Source: Paraspadella gotoi (taxonomy: Eukaryota > Animalia > Chaetognatha). Taken from it: a stretch of 8,132 nt of DNA. The notes beneath the pieces were generated by a model. The model was not told the origin of the DNA. It ran no database searches and worked only from the letters and a program-made list of their open reading frames with translations. Position numbers and translations under genes: made by a program. This document shows, one piece after another, positions 1 to 7,772 of this stretch. Location of the stretch: assembly GCA_051294375.1 (NCBI GenBank), contig CM119269.1, forward strand, positions 4,262,073 through 4,270,204. The letters run 5' to 3'. Each line of letters opens with the position of its first letter. The stretch's first letter is position 1.

Positions 1-19
1 AGAGAGAGAGAGAGAGAGA
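1..19. repeat. (AG)n microsatellite at the window start, probably truncated
   Basis: Perfect AG dinucleotide run from base 1. Confidence 0.95.
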
Positions 20-415
20 CCGCATCAGATTTCGTTCTTCAATTCATCGAAAAAGAGAGAAAACAACAAAAGAAAAAACAAACAAAACTAAGAAAATAAA
101 AAGAAGAAACGAATTAAAGATTCGACACTTGATTCGTTTAGATGTAAATCGTTTCCACTTCCAACCACGTGACCGGAAAGATTAAAAAAAAAGAGAGAAC
201 ATGTCTGGGCCGGAGACGAAAATTTATGAGTCGTGTTTTCGTGTGTTCCCTCTTTCTCCTTTGGCAGCCTGCTTCTTCTCCAGCCGTTGCGTTCCTTTCT
301 CTCCTCAACTTTTCTGTCTTTTCATCACCGCAGACTACATTTCAATTTACAATGTTGTGCTTTATGTTTGCATCGTGTAATGTGCGTGGATCACTACCCA
401 TGATTGTAAAAGAAT

Positions 416-479
416 TCAACTTGACTTATATATTATAGAATATATTATATTATAGTATATAATATATAAGTCATCAACT
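416..479. mobile_element. Putative very small MITE-like insertion: 52-bp element (422-473) with 16-bp TIRs and a 6-bp TSD (TCAACT)
   Basis: TGACTTATATATTATA (422-437) is the exact reverse complement of TATAATATATAAGTCA (458-473). TCAACT lies immediately outside both ends (416-421 and 474-479). Termini are TG...CA. Confidence 0.6.
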
Positions 480-662
480 CTCTACTCCGTTCTTCTGACA
501 TAGTTGTTGCAAATTGCAATCACAATTTTATCTCTCTATTTTTATCTTTTTCTCTTCAACCTCCGTCTCGTTCTCTATCTCTCTTCAACTCTGTCTCCTT
601 CTTTCTTTTTTCTCCTTCTGTTGAGCCTCATGATCGAACGACGGTGACCTTTTGGTCCCCGG

Positions 663-894
663 NNNNNNNNNNNNNNNNNNNNNNNNNNNNNNNNNNNNNN
701 NNNNNNNNNNNNNNNNNNNNNNNNNNNNNNNNNNNNNNNNNNNNNNNNNNNNNNNNNNNNNNNNNNNNNNNNNNNNNNNNNNNNNNNNNNNNNNNNNNNN
801 NNNNNNNNNNNNNNNNNNNNNNNNNNNNNNNNNNNNNNNNNNNNNNNNNNNNNNNNNNNNNNNNNNNNNNNNNNNNNNNNNNNNNNNNNNNNNN
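663..894. other. Assembly gap (232 N)
   Basis: Run of N. Confidence 1.
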
Positions 895-1022
895 TCGCTC
901 ATTCTATCATCATTTCATCGAGTTTTTCATCCCGTTGTCAATCTGCTTTTGATGAGAGTTTCGTTTCGATGAAATTGCTTGTCGCGACTCTGTCTTTCCT
1001 ATTTCTTTGATAATATTCGTAA

Positions 1023-1059
1023 TACGCGTACAATGTACGTACATACGTACGTACGTACA
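1023..1059. repeat. Short (TACG)n-type self-complementary repeat
   Basis: TACGCGTA (1023-1030), ATGTACGTACAT (1033-1044) and TACGTACGTACGTA (1044-1057) are each perfect palindromes. Confidence 0.8.
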
Positions 1060-1209
1060 ATGTCGTCCATACTCGAATCCTAAACAAGCGTTAAATTATT
1101 TATTCATAACAAAGAAAGTACAAAGCTTGAAAAGAAGATCCGCAAACATATGAATCCCCAAAAAATTCGAAGAAAAAGAAAAAGGATTAAAGGAGAGAGA
1201 AAAAAAACA

Positions 1210-1367
1210 NNNNNNNNNNNNNNNNNNNNNNNNNNNNNNNNNNNNNNNNNNNNNNNNNNNNNNNNNNNNNNNNNNNNNNNNNNNNNNNNNNNNNNNNNNN
1301 NNNNNNNNNNNNNNNNNNNNNNNNNNNNNNNNNNNNNNNNNNNNNNNNNNNNNNNNNNNNNNNNNNN
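1210..1367. other. Assembly gap (158 N)
   Basis: Run of N. Confidence 1.

Positions 1368-1400
<33 letters not shown>
1368..1400. repeat. (GA)n microsatellite, truncated by gap
   Basis: Perfect GA run directly after the N gap. Confidence 0.95.
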
Positions 1401-1402
<2 letters not shown>

Positions 1403-1477
1403 GCGTAATAAAGCAGGAAATATGCCACTGACGAACAGATAAAAACGACAAAAATGAACCGAACCTTTTCCAGCAGG

Positions 1478-1563
1478 GAGAGATAGAGAGCGAGAGAGAT
1501 ATAGAGAGAGCCAGAGCGAAAGAGAGACACACAGAGAAAGAGAAGAGAGACAGAGAGACGGAG
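1478..1563. repeat. Degenerate GA-rich purine tract
   Basis: Interrupted GAGAGA units (gagagatagagagcgagagagatatagagagag...). Confidence 0.75.
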
Positions 1564-1848
1564 CCTCTCGCTTGTGACGCCGTGCGCTTTTGGCGTAAAG
1601 GTCAAATTCATGAGGAAACTCATGGCGCGATTTGGAGAAATTTCGAGAGAAGGAATTTAGTAGGAAAAAGAGGGAGATGAGAGAGAGCGAGTTTGCTTAG
1701 CGATAGAGACAGAGTGGAATAGTCTGTAACAAGGCAAAAGGAGTTTTTCGGGCGACGAAAAGCCAACTCATACAAATTAAGAATGACGACCGGTCGAGTA
1801 AAGGCGCCAAGGACGACCGCTGCGACGCCGGGGCGGACGCGGCCACAG

Positions 1849-1921
1849 TGACAGGATGGGTTAATGACGCCGCCGCCAATTTTGCTCGCGTCTCCTCGTT
1901 TCTGCCCGCCATGATTTATGG
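1849..1921 (+). promoter_or_regulatory. Candidate Hox/Pbx(Exd)-Meis(Hth) cis-regulatory module
   Basis: TGACAG at 1849-1854, TTAATGA at 1861-1867 and ATGATTTATGG at 1911-1921, inside a locally GC-rich, non-repetitive island. Motif evidence only. Confidence 0.35.
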
Positions 1922-1958
1922 AGGGGACATCGCCCTGGGATTGACTCTCTCTGTCCTT

Positions 1959-1981
1959 CTCTCTCTCTCTCTCTCTCTCTC
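1959..1981. repeat. (CT)n microsatellite, truncated by gap
   Basis: Perfect CT run entering the N gap. Confidence 0.95.
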
Positions 1982-2265
1982 NNNNNNNNNNNNNNNNNNN
2001 NNNNNNNNNNNNNNNNNNNNNNNNNNNNNNNNNNNNNNNNNNNNNNNNNNNNNNNNNNNNNNNNNNNNNNNNNNNNNNNNNNNNNNNNNNNNNNNNNNNN
2101 NNNNNNNNNNNNNNNNNNNNNNNNNNNNNNNNNNNNNNNNNNNNNNNNNNNNNNNNNNNNNNNNNNNNNNNNNNNNNNNNNNNNNNNNNNNNNNNNNNNN
2201 NNNNNNNNNNNNNNNNNNNNNNNNNNNNNNNNNNNNNNNNNNNNNNNNNNNNNNNNNNNNNNNNN
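1982..2265. other. Assembly gap (284 N)
   Basis: Run of N. Confidence 1.

Positions 2266-2299
<34 letters not shown>
2266..2299. repeat. (GA)n microsatellite, truncated by gap
   Basis: Perfect GA run after the N gap. Confidence 0.95.
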
Positions 2300-2304
<5 letters not shown>

Positions 2305-2776
2305 GGTAATTAACGTTCATTAAAAATAATGTTTTTCGTTGTGATGTCAATACTATTAAATCGACTCTCGTTCGATGCTCCCATCAAGTTGAAAGGTATT
2401 TTGAATTCTAGGAGCGATAAAAAAAAGCTCCAGCGAAGATGAATCTCACCGCTCCACTACTCCACTTTCAAAAGTCTTTCTCACATCTCTTTCCTTCGAC
2501 GTACGTAGTATCCCCTGCTGCAAACACGCGGTTTCAACCCACGGTCTTGAAATTTATCAAACTTTCTTAGCTTCGGCGATAAAGAGAATTTTATGGGTTT
2601 TGATTGGTAAGTTAGGACCGATTGAGGGTTAAAATGGGTGAGTTAAAAAGGTGGAAACTAAAGAAGAGTGTGAAGGGGTTAAGACTCTAGACAAAAAAGG
2701 AGAATTTGACAAAGAAGAGAACGGTGCTCACGCGATTCATCTTCTTGAGCGAGGACAGGAATGCAAGTCCTTCACT

Positions 2777-2817
2777 TCCTCCTCCTCCTCCTCCTTCTCC
2801 TCCTCCTCCTCCCTCCT
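2777..2817. repeat. Imperfect (TCC)n microsatellite
   Basis: tcctcctcctcctcctccttctcctcctcctcctccctcct. Confidence 0.9.
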
Positions 2818-2883
2818 ATCTTTGTATTACACATTCACCTCATGCTTTCTCTTCAATCCTCCTCGTCTAACTTCCTTTATTCC

Positions 2884-3110
2884 NNNNNNNNNNNNNNNNN
2901 NNNNNNNNNNNNNNNNNNNNNNNNNNNNNNNNNNNNNNNNNNNNNNNNNNNNNNNNNNNNNNNNNNNNNNNNNNNNNNNNNNNNNNNNNNNNNNNNNNNN
3001 NNNNNNNNNNNNNNNNNNNNNNNNNNNNNNNNNNNNNNNNNNNNNNNNNNNNNNNNNNNNNNNNNNNNNNNNNNNNNNNNNNNNNNNNNNNNNNNNNNNN
3101 NNNNNNNNNN
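2884..3110. other. Assembly gap (227 N)
   Basis: Run of N. Confidence 1.
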
Positions 3111-3249
3111 CTTATCTTTCTTTTTTTCTTCAAGCGGAATTCGTCTGTTCACCAATTTTTTTTTGTTCTTTTTTTTCTTGCATCTGATTTGCGACGATCG
3201 TCTTTCACGCAGGACTGGACTGAAAGAAAGAAGAAAATGAAGAAAAATT

Positions 3250-3251
<2 letters not shown>

Positions 3252-3282
<31 letters not shown>
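3252..3282. repeat. (AG)n microsatellite, truncated by gap
   Basis: Perfect AG run entering the N gap. Confidence 0.95.
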
Positions 3283-4260
3283 NNNNNNNNNNNNNNNNNN
3301 NNNNNNNNNNNNNNNNNNNNNNNNNNNNNNNNNNNNNNNNNNNNNNNNNNNNNNNNNNNNNNNNNNNNNNNNNNNNNNNNNNNNNNNNNNNNNNNNNNNN
3401 NNNNNNNNNNNNNNNNNNNNNNNNNNNNNNNNNNNNNNNNNNNNNNNNNNNNNNNNNNNNNNNNNNNNNNNNNNNNNNNNNNNNNNNNNNNNNNNNNNNN
3501 NNNNNNNNNNNNNNNNNNNNNNNNNNNNNNNNNNNNNNNNNNNNNNNNNNNNNNNNNNNNNNNNNNNNNNNNNNNNNNNNNNNNNNNNNNNNNNNNNNNN
3601 NNNNNNNNNNNNNNNNNNNNNNNNNNNNNNNNNNNNNNNNNNNNNNNNNNNNNNNNNNNNNNNNNNNNNNNNNNNNNNNNNNNNNNNNNNNNNNNNNNNN
3701 NNNNNNNNNNNNNNNNNNNNNNNNNNNNNNNNNNNNNNNNNNNNNNNNNNNNNNNNNNNNNNNNNNNNNNNNNNNNNNNNNNNNNNNNNNNNNNNNNNNN
3801 NNNNNNNNNNNNNNNNNNNNNNNNNNNNNNNNNNNNNNNNNNNNNNNNNNNNNNNNNNNNNNNNNNNNNNNNNNNNNNNNNNNNNNNNNNNNNNNNNNNN
3901 NNNNNNNNNNNNNNNNNNNNNNNNNNNNNNNNNNNNNNNNNNNNNNNNNNNNNNNNNNNNNNNNNNNNNNNNNNNNNNNNNNNNNNNNNNNNNNNNNNNN
4001 NNNNNNNNNNNNNNNNNNNNNNNNNNNNNNNNNNNNNNNNNNNNNNNNNNNNNNNNNNNNNNNNNNNNNNNNNNNNNNNNNNNNNNNNNNNNNNNNNNNN
4101 NNNNNNNNNNNNNNNNNNNNNNNNNNNNNNNNNNNNNNNNNNNNNNNNNNNNNNNNNNNNNNNNNNNNNNNNNNNNNNNNNNNNNNNNNNNNNNNNNNNN
4201 NNNNNNNNNNNNNNNNNNNNNNNNNNNNNNNNNNNNNNNNNNNNNNNNNNNNNNNNNNNN
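3283..4260. other. Assembly gap (978 N)
   Basis: Run of N. Confidence 1.
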
Positions 4261-4563
4261 TCTTGCCATATAATTTAACGTCGCAGCAGTCATTTTCGAC
4301 TCGGAGAAACTCTTTTTAACTACCTTCATCTACATTTCGAACTTTTCTTTTCTGAGTCGCCTTTTGTCCAACTTCTCTTTCGCTCCTCCTTCTCTCTTTC
4401 TCCCTCTCTATCTTTCGCACTCTTTCCTCACCCACGTCTTCTCCTCTCTATTGTTCCCGTCCTTCCTTAACAATCGTTACAATTTTTTGTTAACCTTTGG
4501 GACTAATTTTTTTTTCGTCGTCGTTTTCGCTGTAGTCGCTCGTCATCATTAGGTTACATCATT

Positions 4564-4617
<54 letters not shown>
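4564..4617. repeat. (GTC)18 microsatellite
   Basis: 54-bp perfect GTC run. Confidence 0.97.
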
Positions 4618-5084
4618 CATTCTTTTTTTCATTTTTTCAAAATTATTTACGTTCGTTCACATCAAAACGTGGTCTTTATATTTGTTTTTTCCGTAATAAA
4701 AACAAAAGAACAGCACTAATTAGCTACGTAGTATATTGTACATGGTTAACTTTACATTGTAACCAGACACATTAAGTATTAAAAAAAAAGACCAAAAAAA
4801 CGGGATTTTATTTCTTGGTCCCCAAAAAAATTAGTTGGATAATAAAAACGACGTCGAGGACTCATTTTTTTCACGCAGCCTGAATTATGGCTTTTTTTTG
4901 GAAAAGGGAAAAGCCAAAATGAAAAGGGTGAAAAAGGAAAAGAAGGGGGGAAAAGGAAAAAGGAAAAGGAAAAAAGAAGGAGAAAATAAAATAAGTCGAC
5001 TTCCTGTTAATAACGAGGTCTTTTATCAAAACCCAAAAAAGCAGAGAAGAGTCTTCGTTGGAGAGTGGTTAACGGGGAGTTGGG

Positions 5085-5134
5085 GAAAAGCTAAGTGGGC
5101 GGGGTGGTTGAAAAGCTAAGGGGGCGGGCTGGTT
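5085..5134 (+). repeat. 25-bp tandem duplication (2 copies, 23/25 identical), each containing a GGGCGG GC box
   Basis: GAAAAGCTAAGTGGGCGGGGTGGTT (5085-5109) and GAAAAGCTAAGGGGGCGGGCTGGTT (5110-5134). Confidence 0.9.
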
Positions 5135-5458
5135 GATGGAAACTGGCGAAAACGAAAAAGATGAGGAAGAAAACATAAAAGTAAAGGAGGCAAAAAGGGT
5201 GACGGGGAGTAGGGATTGTGACTAACGGTAATGCGCCTAATGACTGAGGGAGGGAGCCAGCGAGTGGGGGGGAAAGGAAATTATGGCAAAGGTTAATACG
5301 GTTAATAGCGAAGCCAGAGTAAAGGAGGTAGGAAAAAAAAAGCTCTTTACTCCGGGTCCGAGGCCAAATTCTCCTTCTGTTTACAGGAGGTAATAAACAT
5401 GTCATTAAACCCGAGAAAGAGGCGAAATCCGAGCGGCAGCGTCGACGGCCGCGGCGGG

Positions 5459-5665
5459 NNNNNNNNNNNNNNNNNNNNNNNNNNNNNNNNNNNNNNNNNN
5501 NNNNNNNNNNNNNNNNNNNNNNNNNNNNNNNNNNNNNNNNNNNNNNNNNNNNNNNNNNNNNNNNNNNNNNNNNNNNNNNNNNNNNNNNNNNNNNNNNNNN
5601 NNNNNNNNNNNNNNNNNNNNNNNNNNNNNNNNNNNNNNNNNNNNNNNNNNNNNNNNNNNNNNNNN
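5459..5665. other. Assembly gap (207 N)
   Basis: Run of N, preceded by a very GC-rich stretch. Confidence 1.
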
Positions 5666-5935
5666 AGAGAAGGAGACGTATGCAAATAAGATATTTGGGT
5701 GTCGATTGTCGAGAGGCGACGAAACGAAAAGAAAGCGAAGTCATATTGAAAAAGAGAAACTCAGATTCGTTGTTGTTATTCGGTTTGTGCTTTTTAAAAA
5801 TAACTCGATCCTCGAGAAATTGTATCCACATTGATTCTTCAGTAGCTATTTGTATAACTTTTTAATCTTTCTTTATTGTTTATTCTGTTCTTATTCCCGA
5901 TATTTTTTTCTTTCTCAAAAATGAAAGAAAAATTG

Positions 5936-5952
5936 AAAAAAAAAAAAAAAAA
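5936..5952. repeat. Poly-A run, truncated by gap
   Basis: 17 consecutive A before the N gap. Confidence 0.9.
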
Positions 5953-6466
5953 NNNNNNNNNNNNNNNNNNNNNNNNNNNNNNNNNNNNNNNNNNNNNNNN
6001 NNNNNNNNNNNNNNNNNNNNNNNNNNNNNNNNNNNNNNNNNNNNNNNNNNNNNNNNNNNNNNNNNNNNNNNNNNNNNNNNNNNNNNNNNNNNNNNNNNNN
6101 NNNNNNNNNNNNNNNNNNNNNNNNNNNNNNNNNNNNNNNNNNNNNNNNNNNNNNNNNNNNNNNNNNNNNNNNNNNNNNNNNNNNNNNNNNNNNNNNNNNN
6201 NNNNNNNNNNNNNNNNNNNNNNNNNNNNNNNNNNNNNNNNNNNNNNNNNNNNNNNNNNNNNNNNNNNNNNNNNNNNNNNNNNNNNNNNNNNNNNNNNNNN
6301 NNNNNNNNNNNNNNNNNNNNNNNNNNNNNNNNNNNNNNNNNNNNNNNNNNNNNNNNNNNNNNNNNNNNNNNNNNNNNNNNNNNNNNNNNNNNNNNNNNNN
6401 NNNNNNNNNNNNNNNNNNNNNNNNNNNNNNNNNNNNNNNNNNNNNNNNNNNNNNNNNNNNNNNNNA
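5953..6466. other. Assembly gap (514 N)
   Basis: Run of N. Confidence 1.
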
Positions 6467-6577
6467 TTTATTTTTTTCTCTGTAATCTATCGCCCTTGTA
6501 TTTTTAATCTTTTGTTTTTATTGCTTCTTTCCTTTTGTTACTTTTTTCCTCTTTCGTCTCCAACTCGGCAGAGATTG

Positions 6578-6605
6578 CGTCGTCGTCGTCGTCGTCGTCG
6601 TCGTC
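6578..6605. repeat. (CGT)9 microsatellite
   Basis: Perfect CGT run, same strand sense as the (GTC)18 at 4564. Confidence 0.95.
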
Positions 6606-7005
6606 TTTTCACCCAAAACCATTTTTCTTCCTTTTCTCTTTCCAACGAGTTGCTTCCTTCTTGTTCTTGCTTCTCTGATCTACATTCGTTTCTCTCATTA
6701 TTTCCTTCCTTTTATCGAGTCTTCCTCAATTTCTTTCTTCTTTTTTCTAACTTTTTTTAAATATTTTAATTACATTTACATTACGTTTCATTCCCGATTT
6801 TATCTTTTTTTTCCTTTACTTAACCTTTTCCGGTATTTTTTCTATTTTTGTTTATTTTCTTTATTCTCCTATTTCCTCTTTTTATTCTTTTTGTATTTTT
6901 TTTCCTTCTCTTCCTTTCTGTTATCTTTAATCTTTTGAACTAGTAGAATTTTCATCAGCCTTTACGTTGCAATGGTTTCCGTCCTCTGCAACGACGCCTG
7001 TTACT

Positions 7006-7007
<2 letters not shown>

Positions 7008-7081
<74 letters not shown>
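7008..7081. repeat. (CT)37 microsatellite
   Basis: 74-bp perfect CT run. Confidence 0.97.
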
Positions 7082-7085
<4 letters not shown>

Positions 7086-7265
7086 CTCTTCTCTTTCTTT
7101 TTCTATTTTCTTATTTCTCCTCCCCTCACCTCTCTCTCCCTCTCTCCCTCTCCCTTCTCTCCCTCTCGCTCAATCCCTCGTCCTTCCGGAGCCTCGGCAA
7201 ATCCAGCCTCTCGTCAATTTGATCCTCGCCTTATTCAAATTAAGTTGCATCCGGGAGATATGCGC

Positions 7266-7266
<1 letters not shown>

Positions 7267-7321
<55 letters not shown>

Positions 7322-7389
7322 GCTTTCTTTCTTTCTTTCTTTCTTTCTTGCTTTCTTGCTTTCTTGCTTTTTTTCTTTCTTTCTTTCTT
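7267..7389. repeat. (CTTT)n microsatellite with CTTG variant units
   Basis: Perfect (CTTT)13 at 7267-7318, then interspersed CTTG and T-run variants. Confidence 0.95.
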
Positions 7390-7772
7390 ACGTTCTTTAT
7401 TTCTTTCTTTTTTTTCTCTCTCTCGGGTTTTCACCAGCCTTTTCACACCTTTTGACACCCACTGCAGAGTTATTTCACTTATATTTTTTATTATTTGCAT
7501 TAGTTTTTTCATTATTTTTTGAAGAGCATCCTTTTTTGAATAACGCATTGTCAATCTTTCTTCGGATTTCCCAGACCATTAGCGGGCTCCTCGTTCCCTC
7601 CCATTTTCAACATCATATCGAATGCCTGTTTCTGTCATAGTGTCCCCCCTCTCACTCTCTCTCTATCTCTCTCAGACAGCCCCTTCCCCTCCCAGCCTCT
7701 CCTTCCTTCATCCTTTCCCTTTTCAAGCGAATGAAAAAAAAAATCCCATCACGGTCAAAGATCCCGACCGAC

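Noticed and set aside
169-438. 89-aa hydrophobic ORF
   Set aside because: GTG start, composition explained by T/C-rich DNA, no recognisable homology, and it ends inside the inverted-repeat element.
2301-2311. TTCAG|GTAATT as a recursive splice site
   Set aside because: Preceded by (GA)n rather than a polypyrimidine tract. As a lone donor it cannot be tied to an exon.
4835-5119. Lys/Gly-rich 94-aa ORF with an NLS-like look
   Set aside because: TTG start and a low-complexity A/G tract, with no domain or splice support.
5085-5134. 25-bp repeats as a CRISPR-like array
   Set aside because: Only two copies, directly adjacent with no spacer, in eukaryotic-type DNA with no cas genes.
5936-5952. 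Poly-A run as a retroposon tail
   Set aside because: No Pol III A/B boxes, poly(A) signal or ORF remnant upstream. The far side is in a gap, so no TSD can be assessed, and A/T runs are common here.
585-6760. Long ORFs in the supplied track that span N runs (e.g. 3205-4329, 5876-6760, 5091-5831, 2651-3187, 1096-1623)
   Set aside because: Their length comes from stop-free N gaps. The translated parts are simple-repeat products (SLSL, ERER, poly-S/L/R/K) with no recognisable domain.
6965-6993. CGTTGCA...TGCAACG inverted repeat, and similar short stems near 4790-4820 and 7945-7965
   Set aside because: Short or imperfect stems like these are expected by chance in several kb, with no flanking duplication or other support.
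7219-7640. ORFs rich in FFLS/KKER repeats resembling membrane or basic proteins
   Set aside because: Direct translations of the (CTTT)n microsatellite.
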